This document shows positions 39,818 to 50,001 of a stretch of DNA of 64,000 nucleotides, piece after piece. Both the position numbers and the translations under genes were made by a program. The notes below the pieces were generated by a model. It was not told the origin of the DNA and searched no databases. It saw only the letters and a program-made list of their open reading frames with translations. Every line of letters starts with the position of its first letter. The first letter of the stretch is position 1. Origin of the DNA: Phycisphaerae bacterium (GTDB lineage: Bacteria > Planctomycetota > Phycisphaerae > UBA1845 > Fen-1342); NCBI GenBank assembly GCA_963666925.2, contig CAXXTC010000003.1, forward strand, positions 37,439 to 101,438, in the 5' to 3' direction.

Positions 39818-42289
39818 ATGAGCACCGCGACGCCTGCCGTCTGCGCTATCCGCAGGGCTGCCATCGCCATCACATTCTGCGCCATGTGGGGCGCGCCAAC
39901 CCTGGCCCGCACCGGTAATTACCTGATAATCACGGCCCAGGAATTCGCTGGCTCCGCCCCGTTGACCGAACTGGCCAGCGCCCGGGCCGCCGACGGATTC
40001 ACCGTCAGCACACACGTCGTCACTCCGGGAACCACCGGCACCACCCTCCGCTCCTATATCCAGAGCCTCTGGGGCACTCCAGACGCGCCCGACTACATCC
40101 TCCTCGTCGGTGACACCGACGGTTCAACCGCCCAGTCCGACAGCCTGCCACACTTCGACGGCGGCGGGCCCAAGGGCGCCACCACCGATCTTCCGTATGC
40201 CTGCATGGACGGCGGCGACGATTGGTTCCCGGATATCTACCTGGGCCGCTTCCCGGTCCGTTCGACCGCACAGCTCCAGGCGATCGTCGACAAGACCCTC
40301 TACGTCGAACACGGGGACTACCCAAGCGAAACCTACACGAAGCAGATCGCCCTGTTGGCCACGGACGATTCGAGCAGCGGAGCCGAGGACGTCCACGATT
40401 GGGTCGCCGAAAACTACATCGAGCCGAACGGCTACATCGCCAACAAAATCTACGCCAGCTCTGGCGGCAACACGTCGGACATCTACGACGCGATCAACGG
40501 CGGCAGCCTGATGGCGGTCTACTTCGGGCACAGCGGATCCAGCGGATGGTGGACGCCCAGCTTCGACCAGTCCGACGTCAGGGACCTCACCAACACCGGG
40601 CTTTACCCGCTGGTCTTCGGCTTCTCGTGCAGCACGGGGCACTACGAATTCGACGAGTGCTACGGCGAAACGTGGATTCGCACCGCCAACAGAGGTGCCG
40701 CCGCCTATATCTCCGCATCAACCTTCATTTACTGGACCCAAAGCCCATGGCACGAATCACAGAACCTCGAAAAGTTTTTCTTCGAGTCGTTCTTCGTCGA
40801 CGGGGTATGGGAGGTCGGGCCCGCCTGGCAGGCCGCCCTCTACCGCCTGGCCGACTACTACGGCGACACCGATGTCGTCCGTGACCACTTCGAAATGTTC
40901 AACCTCTTCGGCGACCCGGCCCTGGAACTCCCCGGCGGCTGCTCGCATGCTGGCACGCTTCAACTCAACCGCAGCAGCTTCGGCTGCTCAGCCCTCGTGC
41001 AGTGCGAAGCCAGTGATTGTGACCTCAACCAGGACTCAAACACGATCGAGACCGTCACGATTGCCTGCACGTCCGGCTCCGAGCCGGATGGCGAGGTCGT
41101 CGTGCTGACCGAAACCAGCACCGATTCGCCGGACTTCGTCGGCACGCTCCAGCTCGACACCGTTGACAACGATGGCGTACTGTTGGTGGCTCACGGCGAT
41201 CAGCTCGTCGCTACCTACATCGACGCCGACGACGGCGCCGGCAACTATAACGTACCGGTCGTATTCACCGCGACGGTGGATTGCGTTCCTCCCGCGGTCT
41301 CTAGCGTCGCTGTCAGCGACATCGGCTCAACCACCGCGGTTATCAACCTCGAGGTCAACGAGCCGGTTACGACCCACGTCTACTACGGGCTCTCCTGCGG
41401 TCAGCTCTACCACAATGAGAAAAACCTCAACTACACCACCACGCCGACCGTCATATTGACGAACCTCGATCAGTTCACGACCCACTACTTCGCAGTTCGC
41501 GTGACTGACGAGGCCGGCAACTCAGCCTATGACGATAACTCCGGACAGTGCTTCTCCTTTAAGACGCTCCCCGGACCGACACCTTTGTACACCTTCACGC
41601 TCGACGAGGACCCCGGCTGGTCAACCACCGGACAGTGGGAGTTCGGCCAGCCACTCGGCCAGGGCGGCTCCGAGCACGGCCACCCGGACCCCAACGCGGG
41701 AGCAACCGGCACCAACGTCTACGGCGTCAATCTCGCCGGCGACTACTCGACGAACCCCGGCGGCCCTTACGAGTTAACCGCCGGCCCCTTCGATTTGAGC
41801 CTAAACAATGACGTCAGTCTGCAATTCAAACGCTGGCTCAACACCGACTTCTCAACATACGTTCAAGCCTCCATCGAAGCCTACGATGGCGGCGACTGGT
41901 ACGTGGTCTGGGAAAACGGCAGCGGCAGCGATGTCACCGACAACTCCTGGGTGAGCTGCCAGTACGACCTGTCTGATTTTTTCGACGGCAACAACAACGT
42001 CTACGTCCGCTGGAGCTACACCGTCGGCACCGGCGCCTGGGCCTACTCCGGATGGAACATCGACGATATCGAAATCTGGGGCACCGTCCCGCTGGCTGAC
42101 ATGAACTGCGACGGCGTCGTCAACTTCGACGATATCAACGGATTCGTGCTCGCCGTCGTCGGCCAGAGCGAATACGAAGCCCAATACCCCGGCTGTCGCT
42201 GGCTCAATGCCGACTGCAACAATGACTCGGCCGTCAATTTCGACGACATCGAGCTGTTCATCGAACTGCTGGTCGGCACGCCCGACTGA
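39818..42289 (+). CDS. C25 (gingipain-family) cysteine peptidase with FN3-like, jelly-roll and dockerin-like domains
   Basis: YILLVGD, TDLPY, PDIYLGRFPV, YFGHSG (His), FSCSTG (Cys), FNLFGDPAL; GWNIDDIEI; DMNCDGVVNFDDI...DCNNDSAVNFDDI. Confidence 0.9.
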   Translation: MSTATPAVCAIRRAAIAITFCAMWGAPTLARTGNYLIITAQEFAGSAPLTELASARAADGFTVSTHVVTPGTTGTTLRSYIQSLWGTPDAPDYILLVGDTDGSTAQSDSLPHFDGGGPKGATTDLPYACMDGGDDWFPDIYLGRFPVRSTAQLQAIVDKTLYVEHGDYPSETYTKQIALLATDDSSSGAEDVHDWVAENYIEPNGYIANKIYASSGGNTSDIYDAINGGSLMAVYFGHSGSSGWWTPSFDQSDVRDLTNTGLYPLVFGFSCSTGHYEFDECYGETWIRTANRGAAAYISASTFIYWTQSPWHESQNLEKFFFESFFVDGVWEVGPAWQAALYRLADYYGDTDVVRDHFEMFNLFGDPALELPGGCSHAGTLQLNRSSFGCSALVQCEASDCDLNQDSNTIETVTIACTSGSEPDGEVVVLTETSTDSPDFVGTLQLDTVDNDGVLLVAHGDQLVATYIDADDGAGNYNVPVVFTATVDCVPPAVSSVAVSDIGSTTAVINLEVNEPVTTHVYYGLSCGQLYHNEKNLNYTTTPTVILTNLDQFTTHYFAVRVTDEAGNSAYDDNSGQCFSFKTLPGPTPLYTFTLDEDPGWSTTGQWEFGQPLGQGGSEHGHPDPNAGATGTNVYGVNLAGDYSTNPGGPYELTAGPFDLSLNNDVSLQFKRWLNTDFSTYVQASIEAYDGGDWYVVWENGSGSDVTDNSWVSCQYDLSDFFDGNNNVYVRWSYTVGTGAWAYSGWNIDDIEIWGTVPLADMNCDGVVNFDDINGFVLAVVGQSEYEAQYPGCRWLNADCNNDSAVNFDDIELFIELLVGTPD

Positions 42290-42321
42290 CAAATCCGCCC
42301 AGCGGGCCACACCTCTTGTTC

Positions 42322-42358
42322 AAACAAACCGGGCGGCGCCTCAACAGCGCCGCCCGGT
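42322..42358 (-). terminator. Terminator between the convergent C25 gene and pntB
   Basis: ACCGGGCGGCGC / GCGCCGCCCGGT perfect 12-bp stem, followed by TTGTTTG on the minus strand. Confidence 0.7.
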
Positions 42359-42393
42359 GACGTTTATGCTTGAGCGTTCAGCAATACCGCCGG

Positions 42394-43875
42394 TTACGAC
42401 CCCTTCAGCTCAGACACAATCTCGCTGACCATCTTCTTGGCATCACCAAACAGCATCACCGTGTTCTCGTTGAAGAACAACGGATTCTGGATGCCGGCAA
42501 AACCCGGGTTCAGGCTGCGCTTGCAGACCATCACAGTCCGGGCCTTGTCCACGTCGAAAATCGGCATGCCGGCAATCTGGCTGTCGGGTCGCCGAGCATC
42601 CGGATTGACAACGTCGTTCGCACCGATGATCAGCGCTACGTCGCACTGATCCATCTCCGAGTTCAGCTCCAAGTCGGAGAGCTGTTCGTACGGCACGTTC
42701 GCCTCGGCCAGCAGCACGTTCATGTGCCCGGGCATTCGGCCGGCCACCGGGTGCACACCATAACGCACATCGATCCCCTTCTCGGCCAGCAGTCCGGCCA
42801 TCTCGGCGACAGCGTGCTGCGCCTGGGCGACGGCCATGCCGTAGCCGGGGATGATGAAAACCTTCTGAGACGCTTCGAGGACCATGGTGGCCTCCTCGGC
42901 ATCCATCTGGCGAACCGTCTTGCCCTCCTGCGACGTTCCGCCGGCGCCGGTTGCTTCCTGCCCAAATCCGCCGGCCATGACGTTAAGGAACGAACGGTTC
43001 ATGGCCTTGCACATTATGTTAGTCAGGATCAGGCCCGAGGCGCCGACGAGCGACCCGCTGATGATCAGGCCGGTGTTGTGCAGCACGAAGCCGGCCGCAC
43101 ACGCCGCCAGACCCGAATACGAGTTCAGCAGCGACACAACCACCGGCATGTCCGCCCCGCCGATCGGAATGGTGATCAGCACACCCAGCACCGCCGAAAC
43201 GACGATGATCAGCGCCACGGCCCACCACGCGGACGGGTTGGCCGCCAGGGCGACGCCCAACGCGATCACCGCGATGACGACCAGCAAGTTGACCAAGTGC
43301 TGCATCGGGAAGACGAGCGGGTTGCCGAGGCGCACGCCGCGGATAGTCACACCGCGCAGCTTGGCGAACGCGATCATGCTGCCGGTAAACGTGACCATGC
43401 CGATCAGCAATGTCAGCCCGACAGTGATACGGGCGTCCATTAGATGACTGCTGAGATGATCCACGCCCCAGTACTCGGCCATCGCAACGACGGCCGACGC
43501 CAAGCCACCCGAGCCGTTGAACAGTGCAACCATTTCGGGCATGCCGGTCATGGGCACGCGTTTGGCGGCGATCAGGCCAACCAGTCCGCCGACGACGAAA
43601 CCGGGAATGATCACCTCGTAGCTCATGCCCATCTTGCTGACGAGCGTGACCACGACGGCGATCAACATGCCGATGGACGCAACCAGGTTACCCGATCGCG
43701 CCGTCCGCGGCGACGAGAGCATCTTCAGCCCGAAGACGAAGAAGATCGCCGAGATCGCGTACGTAAGGTTGACGATGAACTCGCGCAGGTCGCCGACCGG
43801 CTGGATCGCTTCCACGGCCGGCGCCGACGATGTCGTCTGGGCGAGCAATCCGCCGAATGCATATGCAAGCGTCAT
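42394..43875 (-). CDS. pntB: NAD(P) transhydrogenase beta subunit
   Basis: MTGMPEMVALFNG, IGGADMPVVVSLLNSYSG, PGYGMAVAQAQH, HPVAGRMPGHMNVLLAEA. Confidence 0.97.
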   Translation of the reverse strand: MTLAYAFGGLLAQTTSSAPAVEAIQPVGDLREFIVNLTYAISAIFFVFGLKMLSSPRTARSGNLVASIGMLIAVVVTLVSKMGMSYEVIIPGFVVGGLVGLIAAKRVPMTGMPEMVALFNGSGGLASAVVAMAEYWGVDHLSSHLMDARITVGLTLLIGMVTFTGSMIAFAKLRGVTIRGVRLGNPLVFPMQHLVNLLVVIAVIALGVALAANPSAWWAVALIIVVSAVLGVLITIPIGGADMPVVVSLLNSYSGLAACAAGFVLHNTGLIISGSLVGASGLILTNIMCKAMNRSFLNVMAGGFGQEATGAGGTSQEGKTVRQMDAEEATMVLEASQKVFIIPGYGMAVAQAQHAVAEMAGLLAEKGIDVRYGVHPVAGRMPGHMNVLLAEANVPYEQLSDLELNSEMDQCDVALIIGANDVVNPDARRPDSQIAGMPIFDVDKARTVMVCKRSLNPGFAGIQNPLFFNENTVMLFGDAKKMVSEIVSELKGS

Positions 43876-43885
43876 GACCCGCCTC

Positions 43886-44197
43886 CTACCTGCGTTTGAA
43901 CATGGCCAGCATGCGATCGGTTACGACAAAACCGCCCACCACGTTGATCGTGGCGAACGCCATCGCCAGAAAGCCGAACACGTATTTCACCCAGCCTTCA
44001 CCCGCGCCCGCGATCACCAGCGCGCCCACGATGGTGATGCCCGAGATCGCATTCGACCCGGACATCAACGGTGTGTGCAGCGTGGCGGGGACCTTCGAGA
44101 TCACCTCGAAGCCCAGCAGAATCGCCAGCAGAAAAACCACCAGGTGAACCGATAGCGGGCCGAGAATGTCGCCCGCGGCCAGCAATTCGATAATCAT
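43886..44197 (-). CDS. pntAB: NAD(P) transhydrogenase alpha-2 (membrane part)
   Basis: VPATLHTPLMSGSNAISG, INVVGGFVVTDRMLAMF. Confidence 0.95.
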   Translation of the reverse strand: MIIELLAAGDILGPLSVHLVVFLLAILLGFEVISKVPATLHTPLMSGSNAISGITIVGALVIAGAGEGWVKYVFGFLAMAFATINVVGGFVVTDRMLAMFKRR

Positions 44198-44200
44198 GGG

Positions 44201-45340
44201 TTAACCCTCACCGCCTTCCAGCGCCTTCTTGGTTGGCTCGTGCCGAACCTCGCCCTCGTGCGTGATCAGCGCCCCCGCGATGATCTCGTCCTCGATATCC
44301 AGGTTGAACTTCTCGTCCTTCCAGAACTCCATCACAAATGTCGTTAGGTTGCGTGAGTACAGCGTGCTGCCGTGCAGCGGCATCTCCGCGGGCAAGTTCA
44401 GCGGGGCCGCGATGGTCACGTCGTGTTTGACGACCGTCCGCCCCGGCTCAGTCAGCTCGCAGTTACCACCCGCCGGCGCTGCCAGGTCGACGATCACCGA
44501 CCCGGGCTGCATCTGCCGCACAACCTCCGCACTGATCAGCTTCGGCGCCTTGACGCCCCCGATCAGCGCCGTCGTGATCACCACGTCGTTGGCGACGCAC
44601 TGCTGGGCAATCAGCTCGGCCTGTTTCTTGTAGAAGTCCGCCGACAGCTCCTTGGCATAACCGCTGGCGGTCTGGGCGTCTTCGTCGCTCTCGACGGCGG
44701 CGAACTTGGCACCCAGGCTCTGCACCTGCTCGGCCACGACGCTGCGCGTGTCGGTGGCCACCACCGTGCCGCCCAGACGCCGGGCTGTCGCAATCGCCTG
44801 CAACCCCGCCACACCCGCACCAATCACAAAAACCTTCGCCGAGAAGATCGTGCCGGCCGCCGTCATGAACATCGGGAAATACTTCGGCAAATGGTCGGCC
44901 GCGATCAGCACCGCCTTGTAGCCGGCGATGTTCGCCATCGACGATAGCGTGTCCATCGACTGGGCCCGCGTGGTGCGCGGGATGGCGTCGGTCGAAAACG
45001 CGCTGACCTTCCGCTCGGCCAGGGCTCGCGCGACGTCGGTGTTCCGCGTCGGCAGCAACGACGTCAGTAACATCGCCCCTTCGCGCATCTGCCCGACCTG
45101 CTCCAGCGTCGGCGGCTGCACCATAAGCACAAAATCTCCGCCGCCCAGCAAGGCCGCCACGTCGCTCTCGATCGTCGCGCCCACCTCGCGATACGCGTCG
45201 TCGCTGAAGTACGCACTCGCACCGGCCTCGCTCTCGACGGCCACCTCGATGCCCTTGCCCTTAAGCTTCTTTACCGATTCGGGCACCAGCGCAACACGCC
45301 GCTCGCCCTCGTGCACTTCCCTTGGCACAACGATTTTCAT
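44201..45340 (-). CDS. pntAA: NAD(P) transhydrogenase alpha-1 (NAD-binding part)
   Basis: ERRVALVP, RAQSMDTLSSMANIAGYKAV, GAGVAGLQA, GYAKE, GGNCE. Confidence 0.96.
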   Translation of the reverse strand: MKIVVPREVHEGERRVALVPESVKKLKGKGIEVAVESEAGASAYFSDDAYREVGATIESDVAALLGGGDFVLMVQPPTLEQVGQMREGAMLLTSLLPTRNTDVARALAERKVSAFSTDAIPRTTRAQSMDTLSSMANIAGYKAVLIAADHLPKYFPMFMTAAGTIFSAKVFVIGAGVAGLQAIATARRLGGTVVATDTRSVVAEQVQSLGAKFAAVESDEDAQTASGYAKELSADFYKKQAELIAQQCVANDVVITTALIGGVKAPKLISAEVVRQMQPGSVIVDLAAPAGGNCELTEPGRTVVKHDVTIAAPLNLPAEMPLHGSTLYSRNLTTFVMEFWKDEKFNLDIEDEIIAGALITHEGEVRHEPTKKALEGGEG

Positions 45341-45583
45341 GATGCCCTCACTCGGCGGCCCGCAGTTGCCGCCAGCCCATTCTCGGAGACGATCCGATGT
45401 GCCACCGCTTATGAGCAGTGGGTTCTAAGGTGTCAGCGACCAAGCTCAGCAACGCACAGCAAGTGAAACTGCCCAAACGTCCCGGAGTTCAACTCATATC
45501 CGCGCCCCCACACGTGAGTTCTGGGATTATAGCGCCCGTTTACCGAACGCACAGTTGAAGCTCGATTCGCCCCCTGCGTCGCC

Positions 45584-46201
45584 TCAGCCGGCGCCGTAGA
45601 GCCCATGTCCAACAATGTATTCTCGCACCGGCTCAGGCACCAGGTAGCGGATGCTCAAACCGGCCGCCACCCGCGCCCGGATGTCAGTGCCCGAAATGTC
45701 AATCCGCGGGCTCACCAACACGTGCCGCCGCAGTTTCTCAACCTGAGCCGGGGTGAAGTCACGCAGCAGGGCCGCATCGTCCGGCTCCTCGGCCCCCGGA
45801 CGAGCCACCGTCACCAGCGTGCCAGCCTCAACCAGCTCCCCCGCCCGGTACCAGGTGCCCAACTCGCTCAGGCTGTCCATGCCCAGGATCCAGTGGACCT
45901 CCGTCGCCGACCCGCTCGCCTCCCGAAAGTGTTGCACCGTGTGCAGCGTGTAGTTCGGCCCAGGCCGCGTACACTCCCAATCGCTGACCTCAAAGCCATC
46001 GTCCCCCGCCACCGCGCGCCGACACATTTCCAGCCGGTGCTCAGCGGGCGTGAGGCTCTCGATCGGCTTGTGGGGCGGATGGGCACTGGGCATCAGGATC
46101 ACGCGCGGGACGTGCAGCGCTTCGGCCACGAATCGGGCCACGATCAGGTGCCCGTGGTGCACCGGGTCGAACGACCCGCCATAGAGAATCACCCGCTTCA
46201 T
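45584..46201 (-). CDS. nadD: Nicotinate-nucleotide adenylyltransferase
   Basis: YGGSFDPVHHGH, PPHK, NYTLHT, ILGMDS, ISGTDIR. Confidence 0.95.
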   Translation of the reverse strand: MKRVILYGGSFDPVHHGHLIVARFVAEALHVPRVILMPSAHPPHKPIESLTPAEHRLEMCRRAVAGDDGFEVSDWECTRPGPNYTLHTVQHFREASGSATEVHWILGMDSLSELGTWYRAGELVEAGTLVTVARPGAEEPDDAALLRDFTPAQVEKLRRHVLVSPRIDISGTDIRARVAAGLSIRYLVPEPVREYIVGHGLYGAG

Positions 46202-46304
46202 ATCGCCACCTGCCCAACAACCCGCCGGCCCACGCCACCCACGAGGGCAGCGCAAGACATGGTGCTGATTGTGATTTGATCAGGTGGGTTATGAATACCG
46301 CGCG

Positions 46305-46973
46305 CTACGCGGTGCCGCAACCGGGGCCGGCGATCATCTCAAGCTCCCGGACGGCTTCACGCACATCTTCCTGACGCGGATGAATATGCAGCGATCGGCG
46401 ATAGTAGTGCAGCGCCCCCCCGAGGTTGCCCTGTTGGATACAGTTATGCCCCATGGCAGCAGCGGCGGCGAAATGATAAGGATTGAGACGCAGACAGCTC
46501 CGATAAGCGGCGGCCGCCGCCTCATCACGCTCAAGGAAGCTCAGGGTAATGCCAAGTTGGAAATGGGCCTCGGCAAAGGCGGGCTCGTCCTCGGTAAGTT
46601 GCTCGAGCTCCTCACAGGCCAACTGATAGTCCTGTTGCCTGATGCGGCCAATCGCACCGACCAGAGCACCGTTGCCGGACTCCGAACCAGCCTGCATCCA
46701 GATGCTCCACAGGCACTGCTCGGCCAGTTCGGCCACGCCATCGTCCTCGTGCTGAAGGCAAAGCACCAGTAGCGGGCTTTCACGCAAGGTCCCGTAAAGA
46801 CCAAGATAAACGACGCCGGCCCGCACAACCTGCTCAGCCGGCAACGATAACAGCGGCAGTACCGCCTCAACGTCGGGACGATCCGCCAACAGCCATGTCA
46901 GCGTCGGACGATCGACCCGTACCTGAGACGATACGGAACCGAGTACCCTCTCTAGGGTTGCCTCGTCAATCAC
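46305..46973 (-). CDS. HEAT/TPR repeat protein
   Basis: HEAT-like LG.YG...VAELAEQCLWSIW, then TPRs (FAEAHFQLG, LNPYHFAA); start uncertain (GTG 46973 or ATG 47042/47045). Confidence 0.8.
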   Translation of the reverse strand: MIDEATLERVLGSVSSQVRVDRPTLTWLLADRPDVEAVLPLLSLPAEQVVRAGVVYLGLYGTLRESPLLVLCLQHEDDGVAELAEQCLWSIWMQAGSESGNGALVGAIGRIRQQDYQLACEELEQLTEDEPAFAEAHFQLGITLSFLERDEAAAAAYRSCLRLNPYHFAAAAAMGHNCIQQGNLGGALHYYRRSLHIHPRQEDVREAVRELEMIAGPGCGTA

Positions 46974-47293
46974 GAAACCACCACACCACCACCACCAAAC
47001 TAAGACGCCACCAGCGGTCGCCGCCAGCGCGCGGATCTTCATCATTCCCCCGTTGTTGAGCCCGGCTGGGCTCCCAGATAGGTTGACCGCCAGGCGCGGG
47101 TAACGCACGCGTAACCCGCACCATTTGATCCTACGCCCGCTATTTACCCGGGTCAAATTTGCCCCAAAAACCCCGCGAAAGAAAGCTGCCGACGGCCTCA
47201 ACGTCCTAGAACGTAAAGACCGTCGGCATGTAGCTTATTCATCCGGAGGCGACAGCCGGACAGCCGCCGCCACGTTTGTGCCCGATCGGAGCC

Positions 47294-48293
47294 TTACCGC
47301 AACAGGACCGAACGCTCCAGAACGTTGCGCAGCTTGTTCAGGGCTAAGTTCTGGATTTGCCGGACCCGCTCCTTGGTCAATCCGACCAGCTCGCCAACCT
47401 GTTCGAGCGTCTGCGCCCCGCTGCTGGACACCCCGCTGGTCGCGATCCAGGGCAAACCGCGCCCGGATCACGGCCCGTTCCACATCTGAAAGATGCGCGG
47501 CGTTCTCATCCAGAATCGACTTCAGCTCGTCAACGCACTCTTCTTCGGTCTCGGCCCGCTGGTCGGCCGTGTAGTTGCTCTTCTCCAGCTCTGGATCGAA
47601 CTCCATCGGGAAATAGCCCCGGTGACGAGTCGCCCGGCTGGCTACCCGCGAAAAGCTCTTGAGAATCGAGCGGCAGGCGTAAGTGCTGAACTTGTACCCC
47701 CGCGCACAATCAAACCTGACCACCGCCCGCATCAAAGCCATGTTCCCGTCGCTGATCAAATCCGTCATGTCCACGCCCGTGATGCGCGTTCGCTGTACCA
47801 TCGCCATCACCAGCGGCACATTCAGCCGAACAATCTCACTCCGAGTCTCCAGCGCTGCCCGCTCCCAGCGAATAATCTCCCGGACAGCGTCGGCGTTGGG
47901 ACGTACCCCGGCACAACGCTCTACAACCAGCGCCACACGGTACCGGCAATAGTTCAGCCGACGAAACAGGAACGGCTCCTGCTCCATTTCAACCGTGCTC
48001 TCCGGAGATTCGAGACGGTAAACGCCACTGTCATCGTTGTTACCGGACGGCCGACCAGGACCACCCAGACCCAATTCCTCCAGCGACTTCATGAGAATCT
48101 GCTCGGCATCAGACCGACAGAAAAACTCGTTAGCCACGTATTCCACCGGCTCGGTCAACACACGCTTGACGAGCTTGACCTCGCCCGGTTTAAGCGTGCG
48201 AAGAACCGTGTTCGTCGGCAGCTTCGCCTGCGGCTCCACCCGGTGACAAGAAGAATTAGTCGTTTCCTTTCCAGGAAGCATTGCCTCTCCCAT
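47294..48293 (-). CDS. Sigma-70 family RNA polymerase sigma factor (one frameshift near 47415-47435)
   Basis: Region 2 NVPLV...DLISDGNMALMRAVVRFD..RGYKFSTYA; region 4 QTLEQVGELVGLTKERVRQIQNLALNKLR is read in another frame ending at TAA 47294-47296. Confidence 0.85.
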
Positions 48294-48889
48294 CCGATTA
48301 CTGCAACTCATCCGCAGCAGGTTCCAGCGCAGCAATGCTGCTCTGGGAGCCTCTTCCTTGGCAGTGCGCGAAGTTACAGCTAGAAGCGCGCACGCCAAGA
48401 CACCAGTAATAAGACGTCGAAGCCGCATTGTCCGACAGGGGGGAGCCATACTGACTTGTCGAACGCGGCTACTTTGGGGAGCCACCGGAAGTATACTCTA
48501 CACCGATCCCGGGAGCAAGCAAAGACTGCGCAAAGTTGAACGATTCAGTCCATATAACGCCAATGTCCAATAATATGGCCTACCAATTGCACTATTCAGA
48601 CCGCGGGTCAACCGTCACAAACGCAAGATTTTCCGAGATCGGTTCCAAAAACAGGCGTTATCAGGCCCAAACCCCACCAACTGACATGCGGATCGCCCCT
48701 GAGTCCCCCCCAGTTATGCCCCCACGGCTACGCAGAAGGGCCGGTAACATAGGCAACGGGCCTTAGGGGACATGCGCAACACATCCAAGTGCACGCCGGA
48801 CGCGCACCAAGCCCCATCCTGCCCACGATGCCAGTCCCCCCAAAAACCGCTCTGCCGGCCGCCACCAGAGAACCTGTGTGGTCAAGCTA

Positions 48890-49966
48890 TCAGGGCTTCT
48901 GCGCGGAAGGCCGTCGCGGCGTAACCAGTTCCACCGGAACCACTAGCTTCCGATATTCCGGATCACTGGCGCTGGTCGTGATCTCGATCTGCTGCGGCTC
49001 GTCCTTCGGCAGCAAATCGCCCGGAGGCAGCGTCACCTCTACCTCCCACTGACGCTGGTCCGGATGCACCAGGTCATGACCGGCCTCACGCAACTCAACC
49101 CCGATCGCTGGATGACTCGACTTCGCCTCCGTTACCTCCACCGGCATGTCCGGAGCGTGCGTCACCCGCAGAATTTTGCGCATCTCCATGACCGAGTTGG
49201 TCGGGAACAGGATCCGCTTCGGCATAACCATCACCGGCGGCTGAACGAAGCCATAGGCGATAACGACGGCCTCAGGAACCAGTTCCAGCCCCGTCTCCAA
49301 CTCGATATCGAGCCGCAATGTGCCCACATCCAACGGCGGGCGGGTCGTGGCCGACAGCTCGTAGCGCATCCCGGGCTCAATCTCGCGCAGCTTGATATCG
49401 TAAGGTCCGAAATCCTGCCCCTCCTTGAGCCGCAGATCGAGCTTCTCCTTGTACTCGTTGACAATCTCGCAACGGCGCACATCGCGCGAAGTTTGGTAGA
49501 GCTGGCCAAACACCAGGCCCGACCGTGGCTTCACCGCGTACGCCCGCTTGACTTCGCCGGTGACGCGAACCACCGCGTTGGTGTTATTCGGATCGTTGCT
49601 GATGACCGTGATTTTCTGGTGCGCCGCCCCCACCTTGCGCAGCGAGTCATACGAAATGGTCATCTCGACCGACTCGCCCGGGGCCAACGGCGATTTCGGC
49701 TTGCTCGGAACGGTGCAGCCGCAGGAACTTTGCACCTTGACTATCTCCAGCGGCGCAGTCCCGGCGTTCTTGACGGTCACGCTGCATTTGAGCGGTTCAC
49801 CCTGCCAGACCTGACCAAAGTTCCAGTGATCGGTGCTCAATTCGAGTTTGGGTTGAGCCTGGTCGGTAGGCGGCTCCTCAGCGGGAACCTGGAATCCGTA
49901 CACCAGCCCGCCCCACCCCAGAACCACCACGAGGCACGCCCCGGCTACCGCCATGTTCAGTCTCAT
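48890..49966 (-). CDS. DUF1573 (Ig-like) exported protein, Cys form
   Basis: Signal/TM; WNFGQV...VKNAGTAPLEIVKVQSSCGCT...LAPGES...ISNDP, followed by further Ig-like domains. Confidence 0.85.
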   Translation of the reverse strand: MRLNMAVAGACLVVVLGWGGLVYGFQVPAEEPPTDQAQPKLELSTDHWNFGQVWQGEPLKCSVTVKNAGTAPLEIVKVQSSCGCTVPSKPKSPLAPGESVEMTISYDSLRKVGAAHQKITVISNDPNNTNAVVRVTGEVKRAYAVKPRSGLVFGQLYQTSRDVRRCEIVNEYKEKLDLRLKEGQDFGPYDIKLREIEPGMRYELSATTRPPLDVGTLRLDIELETGLELVPEAVVIAYGFVQPPVMVMPKRILFPTNSVMEMRKILRVTHAPDMPVEVTEAKSSHPAIGVELREAGHDLVHPDQRQWEVEVTLPPGDLLPKDEPQQIEITTSASDPEYRKLVVPVELVTPRRPSAQKP

Positions 49967-50001
49967 GAGTCTTGCGCTCCTGTGAAATGCGCACCGAACG
50001 A

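Noticed and set aside
47410..47440. Programmed frameshift giving a sigma factor with or without region 4
   Set aside because: No slippery heptamer; same error pattern as neighbouring genes
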